A stretch of 39,321 bases of DNA from Patescibacteria group bacterium (GTDB taxonomy: Bacteria > Patescibacteriota > Patescibacteriia > JAHIZJ01). Below, piece after piece: positions 27,998 to 39,009 of the stretch. How positions within the stretch are numbered: position 1 is the stretch's first letter; every line of letters begins with the position of its first letter. A program made the translations under genes and the position numbers. Under the pieces are notes generated by a model. It did no database searches. It was given only the letters and a program-made list of their open reading frames with translations, and was not told the origin of the DNA. The stretch lies in contig JAHIZJ010000027.1 in the NCBI GenBank assembly GCA_018814765.1, forward strand, positions 1-39,321. The letters are read 5' to 3'.

Positions 27998-29506
27998 ATG
28001 CCTGCAAAAGTATATTCAGCCGGAGTGGTCGGTCTCGATGCCCAATTGATTGAAGTTGAGGCGGATATTGCTTCGGGTTTACCCAAATTCCTAATTGTTG
28101 GTTTACCTGATATTGCAGTACAGGAAGCACGCGAAAGAGTACGATCAGCAATTAGAAATAGTTTACTGCGCTATCCTTCAACTCGGGTAACAGTTAACCT
28201 GGCTCCAGCCGATATAAAAAAAGAAGGGCCGGCTTTTGATTTGCCAATGGCTGTCAGCATTCTGGCCGCCTCGAGTCAGATACCTATAATACCGCCACGT
28301 TCATTGTTTATAGGTGAACTATCTCTTGAAGGAAGACTACGACCGGTAAATGGTATCCTCTCTGTGATGCTGGAGTGCCAGAAAAAGGGCTGGCAAAGAA
28401 TCTTTCTTCCGTCTAGTAATGCTACCGAAGCTTCGATTATTAAAGACGTAAAAATCTACCCTGTAGAAAACCTTAACCAATTAATCAATCATTTGATTGG
28501 TGCTGGTAAAATCAGTCAATACAAGGCCGGTCCATCAGTTTATCAGGCACCTGTATTCTCCGTGGATTTTAGTCAGGTAAAGGGACAAGAACAAGCCAAA
28601 AGAGCACTAACAATTGTTGCAGCTGGTGGCCACAATGCACTACTATCAGGTCCACCAGGCTCTGGTAAAACATTATTGACCAAAGCTTTGGTGTCCATTT
28701 TACCTGAGATGGAGCTGGAAGAAGCTCTTGATGTTACGCGGATCTACAGCGTTGCCGGATTAATACAGACAGACCAGCCACTTTTACGGCAAAGACCATT
28801 CAGGTCACCTCATCATACTGCTTCAGCTGCTTCGCTAATCGGCGGTGGCCGGATACCCCGCCCTGGTGAAATCTCATTAGCTCATAGGGGGGTTCTCTTC
28901 CTAGATGAATTACCGGAGTTTCCCCGTTCGGTTCTGGAAAGTTTACGCCAACCTCTTGAAGAAGGTGTGATATTTGTCACCCGGGTACAGGGTAGCTTGA
29001 AATTCCCGGCAAAGTTTATTCTCATGGCAGCCCAAAATCCCTGTCCCTGTGGATACTATGGCGATCGGGACAAAGAATGTTCCTGTACCCCTTGGCAGAT
29101 TTCTAAATACAATAAAAAGATCTCCGGACCGTTACTTGATCGGATTGATCTGCATTTGAGAGTGTCTCGAGTAAAGTTCGAAGAGCTAACCTCTATTTCA
29201 CCTGCTGAGAAGTCTGACAGCATACGAGAAAGGGTAGTTCAAGCACGCCAAGTACAGTTAAAAAGATTTAAGAACGCAAAAATATTTACAAATACAGAGA
29301 TGGATTCAAGAGGCATTAAAATGTTCTGTCAGATTGATACAGTTAGTCAAGAAATCTTACACAAGGCCATGAGTCTACATCAATTATCTGCCCGTTCCTA
29401 TACCAGGATCTTGAAAGTGAGTCGTACAATCGCGGACCTGGAGGGGAGTGAGAGTATTAAATCACGACATATTGCTGAGGCGCTTCAATATCGAGCGGTT
29501 GATTGA
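27998..29506 (+). CDS. comM: YifB/ComM Mg-chelatase-like AAA+ ATPase
   Basis: IVGLPD, NLAPAD, GPPGSGKT, PFRSPHH, LDELPEF, NPCPCG. Confidence 0.93.
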   Translation: MPAKVYSAGVVGLDAQLIEVEADIASGLPKFLIVGLPDIAVQEARERVRSAIRNSLLRYPSTRVTVNLAPADIKKEGPAFDLPMAVSILAASSQIPIIPPRSLFIGELSLEGRLRPVNGILSVMLECQKKGWQRIFLPSSNATEASIIKDVKIYPVENLNQLINHLIGAGKISQYKAGPSVYQAPVFSVDFSQVKGQEQAKRALTIVAAGGHNALLSGPPGSGKTLLTKALVSILPEMELEEALDVTRIYSVAGLIQTDQPLLRQRPFRSPHHTASAASLIGGGRIPRPGEISLAHRGVLFLDELPEFPRSVLESLRQPLEEGVIFVTRVQGSLKFPAKFILMAAQNPCPCGYYGDRDKECSCTPWQISKYNKKISGPLLDRIDLHLRVSRVKFEELTSISPAEKSDSIRERVVQARQVQLKRFKNAKIFTNTEMDSRGIKMFCQIDTVSQEILHKAMSLHQLSARSYTRILKVSRTIADLEGSESIKSRHIAEALQYRAVD

Positions 29507-29518
29507 TTATGGATGATT

Positions 29519-29604
29519 GGCGGGGACGCCTTCATGTAAATTAATAATATATTATATTAAGAAATAGCATTCCTCTTTTTATCCCATTCGTAGGCGTCCC
29601 CGCC
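29519..29604. repeat. 13-bp inverted repeat (REP-like) upstream of transposase
   Basis: ggcggggacgcct (29519-29531) / aggcgtccccgcc (29592-29604). Confidence 0.7.
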
Positions 29605-29619
29605 GTAGACTCTAAATAT

Positions 29620-30171
29620 ATGAAAAACAAGATTTATTACAACAAAGACCATTTTTATTTCTTGACATCCACCATCAGTGGTCATCGTATTATATTTGAT
29701 CGAGATAATTACGCAACAATAGTTATCGATAGTTTGAAGTATCTTCGTGAAAAAAGATATATGAAATTATATTCGTTTGTACTCATGCCAAACCACATCC
29801 ACATTTTACTGAAAGCTATAGATGGATCAACAATTAATGAAATTGCACAAAAACTTCATTCCTATACAGGACACGCACTTCTTGCTCAAATGCGAAATGA
29901 AAAAGATTGGGGATTATTAAAGTATTTTAAAGAGTTTGCTTATTATTCAAAGAACGATCGTAGCCATTGCTTCTGGTATGATGCATTAGTAAGAAGTATA
30001 GTTGACGAAAGATCAGTATTTAGATTTATGGAATATATACATTCAAATCCTTTTAACAAAAAGTGTGAGTTAGTCAAAGATAGATCGGAGTATAAATACT
30101 CAAGTGCTTGTTACTATGATTCGGGTATACAGTCGATTATAGAGGTGGATGATGTGAGGGAAGAGTGTTAA
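29620..30171 (+). mobile_element. REP-associated tyrosine transposase (RAYT)
   Basis: YFLTS, VLMPNHIH, FW, YIHSNP, YKYSSA. Confidence 0.88.
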
Positions 30172-30274
30172 ATAAGCATTATGAAACCGTATGAAAGTTT
30201 ATGCAGTTATTGCTTGACATTGTCTGACAGTATTCAATAATGACTATACTACTAATAATTCATATGGAGGATAT

Positions 30275-30781
30275 ATGAGTAATAAAACAGTAATGGTAAT
30301 TATCGTCATATTGGTCGCTGGCGGGCTAGTGTGGGTAGCATCATCAAATACATCAGAGACAATAAATAACGACAACAGCAATACAGCGAACACTAGTGTG
30401 AATGTGAACTCAGTAAATAACAATGAAAGCAACATCAACGAAAACAGCAATGCCGTAATGGCTGAGGATAATTCAGCAGGGCGATATATTGACTATTCAG
30501 AATCAGCTGTAGCCCAGACAAAAAGCAAGAAACAGGTTTTATTCTTCCATGCCGGCTGGTGCCCAACTTGCATAGCGGCTAATATTGAGTTCAATGAAAA
30601 CCTAGATGGCATTCCTAATGACGCTGTGCTTGTTAAAACGGATTATGATTCTCAAACCGAGCTCAAGAAAAAGTACGGCATTACCTACCAACATACATTT
30701 GTTCAGATTGACGAAAGTGGAGATGAGATTACCAAGTGGAATGGTGGAGGCATTGATGAGCTTACTTCAAATATTAAATAA
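30275..30781 (+). CDS. Membrane-anchored thioredoxin family protein
   Basis: FHAGWCPTC, YGITYQHTFVQ. Confidence 0.9.
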   Translation: MSNKTVMVIIVILVAGGLVWVASSNTSETINNDNSNTANTSVNVNSVNNNESNINENSNAVMAEDNSAGRYIDYSESAVAQTKSKKQVLFFHAGWCPTCIAANIEFNENLDGIPNDAVLVKTDYDSQTELKKKYGITYQHTFVQIDESGDEITKWNGGGIDELTSNIK

Positions 30782-30787
30782 TCCAAT

Positions 30788-32512
30788 ATGTTTGTATTAT
30801 CCGGATTTGCGTTTATTGCCGGGGTGGTTACAATACTATCGCCCTGCATACTTCCCCTTCTACCAATCATTCTATCTAGCTCTACAGCTGGTAGTAAAAG
30901 ACGGCCCTTTGGTGTTGTCTTTGGGTTTATTGCCAGTTTTACATTCTTCACATTATTTCTGACCTCAATAGTTAAAGTGACAGGCTTGTCAGCTGATTTT
31001 CTGCGTAATTTTGCGATTATAGTTTTACTGGGATTTGGTGTCAGTATGCTATTACCCCAAACACAAGTACTACTGGAAAAATCATTTACCAGTTTATCCA
31101 GTAAAGCACCTCAGCCAAAAAGACGAAGCGGATTCAAAGGAGGGGTATTAGTTGGCATCAGTCTGGGCTTGATCTGGACTCCTTGTGTCGGACCAATTTT
31201 AGCATCTGTGATCTCATTAGCTCTGACCGGCAGTGTCACCGGAACAGCATTTCTGATTACTTTAGCGTACTCGATAGGTACTGGTCTGCCGATGTTGGCA
31301 ATAATATTCGGTGGTCGGCAATTATTACAGCGCGTACCGTGGTTATTGCGCAATACTGCCATAATAAAAAAAGTATTTGGCGTCCTGATGATACTTACAT
31401 CGATTGGTATATTTTACAACATTGACCGATCGTTCCAGACATATATTTTGGATAAGTTTCCTAGTTATGGTACCGGTTTAACCGAGATAGAGGACAATGA
31501 AACAGTCCGCCAGGAGCTAGAAAAAGTTGATGAACAAACAATTAATGATGAAAACATGGGCCAACCAATGGACGAGTTTATAGATAGCGAAAAATTAATA
31601 GCCCCTGACTTAATACTAGGTGGCAGTTGGTTAAATTCAGATCCGCTGACAATATCAGAGCTTAAAGGAAAGGTCGTTTTGGTAGATTTCTGGACCTATA
31701 CCTGCATAAACTGTATAAGAACACTTCCTTATGTACAAAGTTGGCAGGAAAAATATTCAGACAAAGGACTGGTCATTATAGGTGTGCATGCGCCGGAATT
31801 TGAATTTGAAAAGAAATCAGCTAATGTTCAGAAAGCTATTGAAGATTTTGGATTAACTTATCCGGTAATGCAAGACAATGATTTTCGTACCTGGAGAGCC
31901 TATGACAATCACTATTGGCCGGCAAAATATTTGATAGATAAAGATGGTCGAATACGCTATACGCATTTTGGTGAGGGTAAGTATGATGAGTCTGAAAAAT
32001 GGATTCAGAAACTATTGGACGAGGCCGGTCAGGAGGTTAATGATTCGATCAATAATGCCACCTATTCTATCAGTGCGTTGACCCCGGAGCTATATTTTGG
32101 CTATTGGCGGATTGATTATTTAGCATCACCTGAAAAATTAGTAAAAGACCAAGTCATTACCTATAGCTCGCCCAACTCCTTACCGCAACATCACTTTTCT
32201 TATGAGGGTGACTGGAAGATAGCTAGACAGCATGCCATACCAGGGGAAAAATCCAAACTGATTCTCAACTATGAGGCAAAAAATGTTTTTCTGGTCATGC
32301 GACCACTAGAGAAAAAGGCTACAGTCAGTGTTAGTCTAGATGGAGCTACGGTATCTGAAAAAGATTTAGGTGATGATCTTAAAGATGGGCAGGTAATTGT
32401 TGATACGGATAGGCTTTACTCTATAATCCAGTCAAATTCTTCAGGTATACATGAGCTCACTTTGGAATTTCCTGATGGTGGGGTTGAGCTATATGCTTTT
32501 ACGTTTGGTTAG
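30788..32512 (+). CDS. dipZ: DipZ-like CcdA/DsbD transmembrane domain fused to a redoxin
   Basis: SPCILP, WTPCVGP, DFWTYTCINC, C-terminal YAFTFG. Confidence 0.9.
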   Translation: MFVLSGFAFIAGVVTILSPCILPLLPIILSSSTAGSKRRPFGVVFGFIASFTFFTLFLTSIVKVTGLSADFLRNFAIIVLLGFGVSMLLPQTQVLLEKSFTSLSSKAPQPKRRSGFKGGVLVGISLGLIWTPCVGPILASVISLALTGSVTGTAFLITLAYSIGTGLPMLAIIFGGRQLLQRVPWLLRNTAIIKKVFGVLMILTSIGIFYNIDRSFQTYILDKFPSYGTGLTEIEDNETVRQELEKVDEQTINDENMGQPMDEFIDSEKLIAPDLILGGSWLNSDPLTISELKGKVVLVDFWTYTCINCIRTLPYVQSWQEKYSDKGLVIIGVHAPEFEFEKKSANVQKAIEDFGLTYPVMQDNDFRTWRAYDNHYWPAKYLIDKDGRIRYTHFGEGKYDESEKWIQKLLDEAGQEVNDSINNATYSISALTPELYFGYWRIDYLASPEKLVKDQVITYSSPNSLPQHHFSYEGDWKIARQHAIPGEKSKLILNYEAKNVFLVMRPLEKKATVSVSLDGATVSEKDLGDDLKDGQVIVDTDRLYSIIQSNSSGIHELTLEFPDGGVELYAFTFG

Positions 32513-32695
32513 AAGGATATAAAACGACAACAATATGTAGCATGGTAATGGAAAGCTAAAGCTATCCGTTTTAAAGATCCATAATTTATTCATGACGCGC
32601 ACCCACAGAGGGGTGCGCTATGAGGCGTGTTGTCTCTTTGCAAAGAAAAAGGACCAGCCTAGTGAAAGGTGGCCCAAAGATTGGAGAAGTGTGAT

Positions 32696-33022
32696 CTAGC
32701 TGGCATATGGCCGCATTATTGTGCCACAGCCTTGGCACTTGCCCATTTGTCTGGCCTTGTCACGGCATTCAACCTTTACGGTTGGGTTATTTCCGAGGAA
32801 GCAGCTGGGACATTTGTTGTGATGCCAGCGTGCCTGCGGATACGAGCCAAAGGTAGGCAGGTGGATACGAGGATTCATCATCTGCTGGAACACTGCGAGT
32901 GGAATGGTCCCGTGTTGCCAGAACGGGAAAACGATATCACCTGCGATATAGCCTTGGCGCACTCCGCCATCTCTAGGGTGTCGTCCATCTTTCGTTAAAA
33001 CCACTATACCTGCCACGGCCAC
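32696..33022 (-). CDS. Hypothetical protein with C-terminal Zn ribbon
   Basis: AGGAGG upstream; CPSC and CQGC pairs; TTGACA promoter upstream; exact start uncertain. Confidence 0.6.
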   Translation of the reverse strand: MAVAGIVVLTKDGRHPRDGGVRQGYIAGDIVFPFWQHGTIPLAVFQQMMNPRIHLPTFGSYPQARWHHNKCPSCFLGNNPTVKVECRDKARQMGKCQGCGTIMRPYAS

Positions 33023-33391
33023 CTCCTGTATTTATTGCCTATGACTTGATAAAGAACACGGGTGTATATTAATCGATTGTGGGGTGGGTGTCAATATACA
33101 GACTGTCATGCCGGACCGCGATCCGGCATCTCCAAAGGAGCCAGGCCTCTGAATAAAAAAAACAAAAACCCCGCTTCGTCCATGCTAAGTAATGCCATGG
33201 GTTAATTGAGTCGACTACGCGGGATTATTTACGGTGACTAAAGATATTGCTTATTCGTTTATTTATTAGCATAAAGTTGCTTTAAGGATTGGTTCTATGT
33301 AAATAAAAAGAGGCGTTTCGCTGACACCCGTTAGAGTGAAAACGAAACGCCGAAGCCAGCAACCAGGCGTGGCGAGTTCGCGTCATATACG

Positions 33392-33499
33392 CTACTTATC
33401 GCTTGTGGCCTCGAGGTTGCCGGTGTTGGTGGTGGTCACCGGGGAATGTACGTAGGAAGTCGTGGGGGCCCGAGTCCGGGCCCGTCCAGAGTTTTTCAC
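33392..33499 (-). CDS. Candidate 35-aa peptide MKNSGRARTRAPTTSYVHSPVTTTNTGNLEATSDK
   Basis: AAGGAGG RBS before GTG; terminator ggcgtttcg/cgaaacgcc plus T run downstream. Confidence 0.4.
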   Translation of the reverse strand: MKNSGRARTRAPTTSYVHSPVTTTNTGNLEATSDK

Positions 33500-33866
33500 C
33501 GATACCTCCTTGGAAAAGGTCCAGAAGGATTGCTTCGTTCCGCGAGGATTGAATGCGGGAGCTAAGCGGGTTGGCCTGATAGACTGGAACCGGATCTATC
33601 AGTGACCACTGTCAGACTTCCAATTTGGTTACCTCCTTTGTTTCGAAGACCAGGAAGCAACTGGAAAAAACATGCGCAATGCCGAGCGCATTTATGATGC
33701 TAACACGCATAAGCATTTTGGTCAATATGACATATATACGAGTATGTGGAAATCTCAAGCTGTCTATATTACCATTACTTCTCAAGGAGAATAGTGATAT
33801 TATACCTTTGTAAATGTACAAAAATCGTGATACTGTTAGATTATAATTATTTATGATAAAAAAACT

Positions 33867-34574
33867 ATGGATCCATCATCTATTCCCGAAGAAAAATCTG
33901 AAAAGAAGAAACGTCATATCGGGCTTTGGATACTTTTAGTCATTGTTATTCTAATTGTACTATTTTTTGGATGGACTGGTATTTATAACATTCCATTGCT
34001 GACAAACTTAATGGGCACCAATGAACCGATTGACCTTGGTGTTGAAGTAAGTGAAGAGGCTCTAGCTAGTGCTATGGTAAACAACCCAATGGATTTACAG
34101 GGTAGTGCGACTGAATATTCCGGTGTGGCTAAAAAGATATTCACGGGAGAGGTGCCGATTGACGGTGAAAATACGTCCGAAGAGCTAACCTCGTTCTTAC
34201 AGCATTACACACAAAACGCACCCCATGTCCGGGATCTGCAGGTTAAATACATTGAGGGAGGGATGGAAATATCTACTTTTGTAAAAACGCGTATCAATGC
34301 CCCAGTCTATGTTAGAGTAGGTGTGACTAAAACCGGTGCTAAGTCAGTGGACATTGATTTACAGAGCGCTAAAGTTGGCCGATTACCTATACCCAGCAAT
34401 TATTACGACCAGATAGAGGAGATTGCCGAAGAGATTATTAATGACAGGATAGCGAGTATCGAAAGCTTCTCTATTGATACGCTTGAATATCACGATGGCT
34501 ATGCCTATTTTAAGGGATCAATGCCAGAGACTGTTGAGGTGGTATCAGGTGAAGAGAATGGTTTATTGGATTAG
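33867..34574 (+). CDS. Hypothetical single-pass membrane protein
   Basis: 235 aa with TM helix; terminator at ~34586-34618. Confidence 0.8.
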   Translation: MDPSSIPEEKSEKKKRHIGLWILLVIVILIVLFFGWTGIYNIPLLTNLMGTNEPIDLGVEVSEEALASAMVNNPMDLQGSATEYSGVAKKIFTGEVPIDGENTSEELTSFLQHYTQNAPHVRDLQVKYIEGGMEISTFVKTRINAPVYVRVGVTKTGAKSVDIDLQSAKVGRLPIPSNYYDQIEEIAEEIINDRIASIESFSIDTLEYHDGYAYFKGSMPETVEVVSGEENGLLD

Positions 34575-34711
34575 TTAATATATCAGAAAGCCAGCTTACA
34601 GATAGGCTGGCTTTTTTATACTTTACAAAAACGATACATTGAGTTAACATCATTCCACGAGTTCTTTAGAATAAACAATCATCGTATTGGTCTGCAACAT
34701 AGGAGGTTTAC

Positions 34712-35326
34712 GTGGATGAAACACGGAATATATTCGGGACGGAGGACATTTGTGCATACTTTCCAGATGGACGATTTGGGCGGTTTCGCTCATTCATCGA
34801 CCAAGGTCTAGGGGGGGCGAGCCTTTTGTCGGTAGTTACTCGAGGTTATCAGAATCCATTCGCAGACTTAGCCTCGACTGGCTATCAGTTCTTGTCAGTC
34901 AAGCTGGCTGATGGGACCGTCTTTCTGGCTCTCAAGGGATTTGAAGTGTTCAATGGTAGTAACCCCCCAACTCGTTCAGATGGATCGGGGGCGGTTTATC
35001 TGGCTCAAGGCGTGGGGCAAATGAATGGTTTGCTGGTTCAATGGCTACCACCAAACAGTCGCACTTCCTGGCATACTCACCGGAGCAAAACCGAGTGGGT
35101 CATTAATCTGGCTGGCTCGTGCCAAAGAGGTCAAAATGATGAAGGTGCGGTAGTGGATGCTACGGATTGCAGCTATCTGGTACTGCCCAACCAGGCACAC
35201 TTTCTTCAGACCGGTGTGCTCCCCGCCTTGAATCTATTGGTTATCACTAGCCATAATGGCGGTGATCCACTCAATGCGGATGATTATACTTATCGTGAGT
35301 TTGATCATTCCTACCCTCCAACCTAG
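34712..35326 (+). CDS. Cupin-domain protein
   Basis: AGGAGG RBS; TSWHTH..KTE motif 1 and VLPNQAH motif 2. Confidence 0.7.
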   Translation: MDETRNIFGTEDICAYFPDGRFGRFRSFIDQGLGGASLLSVVTRGYQNPFADLASTGYQFLSVKLADGTVFLALKGFEVFNGSNPPTRSDGSGAVYLAQGVGQMNGLLVQWLPPNSRTSWHTHRSKTEWVINLAGSCQRGQNDEGAVVDATDCSYLVLPNQAHFLQTGVLPALNLLVITSHNGGDPLNADDYTYREFDHSYPPT

Positions 35327-35578
35327 TAGTGGGGGGTCTTTTTATTATGTCGAAATACTAATACTTGCCCGCCATGCCAGACAAAGTAGGCGGGTTGAAT
35401 GTCGAAGGAAATCCCAATATATAAATGTTCAAAATTCAAAGTATGTCTGTGGAAGGAGAGTAGTTTAGACATTCTTGTTTTAATGATTAGATATTCCTTC
35501 GAAATTCGGATTTTGAAATTTGGGATAATAAAAAAAATGATCCAAACGATAGATCGCATTAGATAATTAATTTTGGAA

Positions 35579-36868
35579 CTATAGATACGACAACGGATTC
35601 ACTTTGCTACCATTTATTTGTACCTCAAAGTGTAAGTGCGTACCTGTACACCAGCCGGTACAGCCCATCATACCTAGGGTATCGCCTGTAGAAACAGTCT
35701 GGCCGGCATTAACATATGATTTGCTTAAATGAGCATAGACTGTTTTTTTGCCTCCGCCATGGTTGATAATCACATGCAGACCATAGCCGGTTCCCCAGCC
35801 AACATTTGCAATCGTACCGGATTCAGCCGCATAAATTGGTGAGGAGTAATCTCCGTCAATGTCGACACCATGGTGACGCCAAGTATAGTATTGGTTAATT
35901 TTATGGCTAGGGGTGGGCCAGAGCATTTTTTCGGAGGATACTACGCGTGCAGGAGGCGGAGGAGAGCCACTAAAGTATTTGTCAATTGTATTGCTCGGAG
36001 AGATGATTTTTACAGCTTCAGGAGCTTGACCACCGGGGATTATCAATATTTGATTAACTGTAATATCATCAGCTGAAGCTAATTTGTTGTATTCAATAAT
36101 CTTATCAGCTTCTATTTTATATTTACTCGCAATAGAAGAGATGGTGTCTTTGTTCTTAACTTGGTGGGAAACGCCGGACATTGGCAAGATAGTCAGTTTA
36201 TCGCCTGGTTTGATGTAGTCTTTCTCGCCTAGTTTATTTTCCCATAAGATAGTATTTGTTGATACGTTATAGTCTTCAGCAATAGTGCTGATAGTATCGC
36301 CTTGTTCTACAATATAGTACTCAACCACATCTCTAACACGATCACCAAGGTCGGTGGTGGGAATGTTTGGCTTGACTATTGTGCCGGAGCCTTGAGTCAG
36401 GGCTAGTGATTGATCGGTCTCATCTACAGTAGTGTCCTGGGCTAGGCCGGATGCTCCGCCAACTAAACCCTTGTAATTAAGATAGCTGGTAGGCATATTA
36501 ACGGCATCTTCCGCAGTCTCTGTTATGATCTCTTGGTTACTATTGCCAAGTATTTTTGAAACCAAGCTATCATTGGCAAACTCTTCTGCATAAACTTCAC
36601 GTGTTTGAATGCTATGTATCAGAACTCCGGCAGCAATCAATATAATAAATCCATGTACTATGTAACGCGTAGCAAATGGATACCAAACCTTGCTCTTCGC
36701 GTTTGAGAATTTGAGAATGACGAATTTTTTTATAGGAAAATAGATATTTAAATAGACGCGTGATAGCACTGAATGAAGCAACCAATGGCTCACTATGAAA
36801 ATTGGTTTTATTGCAGACCAATAGAGCAATAAGCCTAATCCTTTGAATAAATAAGAAACACCGCTCAT
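35579..36868 (-). CDS. LysM + M23 peptidoglycan endopeptidase
   Basis: Two LysM repeats; HHGVD, YAHL, TGTHLHFE. Confidence 0.93.
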   Translation of the reverse strand: MSGVSYLFKGLGLLLYWSAIKPIFIVSHWLLHSVLSRVYLNIYFPIKKFVILKFSNAKSKVWYPFATRYIVHGFIILIAAGVLIHSIQTREVYAEEFANDSLVSKILGNSNQEIITETAEDAVNMPTSYLNYKGLVGGASGLAQDTTVDETDQSLALTQGSGTIVKPNIPTTDLGDRVRDVVEYYIVEQGDTISTIAEDYNVSTNTILWENKLGEKDYIKPGDKLTILPMSGVSHQVKNKDTISSIASKYKIEADKIIEYNKLASADDITVNQILIIPGGQAPEAVKIISPSNTIDKYFSGSPPPPARVVSSEKMLWPTPSHKINQYYTWRHHGVDIDGDYSSPIYAAESGTIANVGWGTGYGLHVIINHGGGKKTVYAHLSKSYVNAGQTVSTGDTLGMMGCTGWCTGTHLHFEVQINGSKVNPLSYL

Positions 36869-37121
36869 GAGATAGCGGAGGAAGACTAGACTGTATTTTG
36901 TTAGGTGAATGCTAATTGCTTTTCTTTATTATTGAGATAAAAAGCGTAGTGTTTAAGCCAATATTAGCTAAATAATGATGGCTTAGTCAGTTACTGCAGT
37001 CAGCATAATAGATAGACTATCATGACCCTAAGTGGTTGTCAAGCAAAATTGTTATGTCAAAAAGCGATGGTCTAATACGTTAAAAAGTGATATTATTTAT
37101 TGGAATAAAGGCAAAAATGTA

Positions 37122-38546
37122 ATGATAAAAAAAGAGAGCACAATAAACGACAGACCAAGATACCAGCCTGAAGAAATTGAGCCTAAGTGGCAGGAGATTT
37201 GGGATAAGACTAAGGCAAGTCTTGTTAAAGAGGATCCAGACAAAAGGAAATACTACATACTGGATATGTTTCCCTATCCTTCGGGCGATGGTCTTCATGT
37301 TGGTCACCCTGAAGGTTACACAGCAACGGATATAATGGCGCGGTATCAGACTATGCACGGTAAAAATGTTCTTCACCCGATGGGTTTTGATTCGTTTGGT
37401 TTACCGGCAGAGAACGCTGCCATAAAACGCAACATCCATCCGCAAGAATATATGGCTCACAATATAGAGCGATTCCGACAACAGATAAAACGTCTGGGTT
37501 TTATGTATGACTGGTCACGCGAAGTAGACACTTCGGATCCTGAATATTATCGCTGGACCCAGTGGATGTTTTTAAAGATGTTTGAACGAGGCCTGGCCTA
37601 TCAAGCTGAGGTGCCGATTAACTGGTGTCCATCATGTAAAACAGGGCTGGCCAATGAAGAGGTGGTTGATGGCAAATGCGAACGCTGTGATACACCGGTT
37701 CAGAAAAAGAAGCTTAAACAATGGTTATTAAAGATAACAGATTATGCCGATAAACTATTAAAAGGACTGGATGATATTGACTGGCCCGAATCTATCAAGA
37801 CACTTCAGAAGAATTGGATTGGTCGATCAGAGGGAGCAGAGATTGAATTTAAAATTTATAATGAAGAATTAAAAATAAAAAGTAATGAAAAAAGTCAGTG
37901 CCTAATTATTCATGGCATAGGCGGCCACAGAAGAGAAAATTGGTTCCCTTGGTTAAAATCAGTTTTGAAGAAAAATGGATATACGGTAAATTTGCCAACA
38001 CTTCCCATCACAGATCATCCAGAGGTGGATGTGTGGAATGAAGCACTAAAAAAGGAAAGTAAGTCATCATCAGTTCTGATTGGTCATAGTATAGGGGCTA
38101 CAGCTGCTTTAAATTTAGTACAAACAACTGATCGACCAGTAGATCAAATTATCTTAGTAGCACCGGTTAATCCCGAGCAAGATTGGAAGCACTCTCAGGA
38201 GGAGTTTCCTGAAGCTGATTGGAACGCTATAAAGCAATTCGCTGATATTAAGTTTGATTGGAAAAAGATTAATAAGCTGGTAAAACATATAGTTATATAT
38301 TATTCCGACAATGATCCGTTTATTTCTGTTAAGTCGATTGGCTTTTATAAACGACATTTACCAAATGCCACATTTAAACTGTTGCCTGGTAAGGGGCATT
38401 TTAATGAACGAGATGGAATTACCGAATTTCCCGAGATACTCGATGTATTAACTCCTAAAATAAAAGTCTTTACCACTAGGCCCGACACCTTGTTTGGTGC
38501 TACCTATCTCGTGCTCGCGCCTGAGCACTCGATAATTAATAATTTA
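37122..38546 (+). CDS. leuS: Leucyl-tRNA synthetase, N-terminal part with inserted alpha/beta hydrolase; truncated
   Basis: [39 protein letters not shown]; homology stops after APEH. Confidence 0.93.
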
Positions 38547-38964
38547 GCCTTTGATTGTCATCAAAATAAGCAGGTACTGTGATAACAGCCTTTTTTATTG
38601 GCTCTCCAACAAACTCCTCAGCATCTTTCTTTATTTTTTGCAGAATAAAAGCAGAAATCTGCTGGGGAGTATAGTTTTTTCCATTGATTTTATACTCAAA
38701 ACTTTTTCCCATCTTTCTTTTTGCAGCAGTTATTGTGCCTTGCGGGTTGCTTATAGCCTGTCTTCTTGCTGGCTCTCCTACAAGCATCTGCCCGTCTTTT
38801 GTAAATGCCACAACACTTGGAAATGCTATCCCGTAAGCAGTTGTTCCTTCTGCGCTTGGTATGATTGTTGGCTTTCCAGCCTGCAATACCGCTGCAGCAG
38901 AATTTGATGTGCCTAAATCTATTCCAATAATTTTTTCTTTCTTCATTTTTGTTTTTTCAGCCAT
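38547..38964 (-). CDS. dnaK: DnaK/Hsp70 N-terminal fragment, archaeal-like; truncated
   Basis: [11 protein letters not shown]...[14 protein letters not shown], then abrupt loss of homology. Confidence 0.92.
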
Positions 38965-39009
38965 TGTTAATCACCTTGTTAATTTTGTTTTAATTATCTG
39001 TTTTCAAAT

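Noticed and set aside
32669-32998. 109-aa plus-strand ORF
   Set aside because: The opposite-strand ORF has the RBS, promoter and paired CxxC motifs
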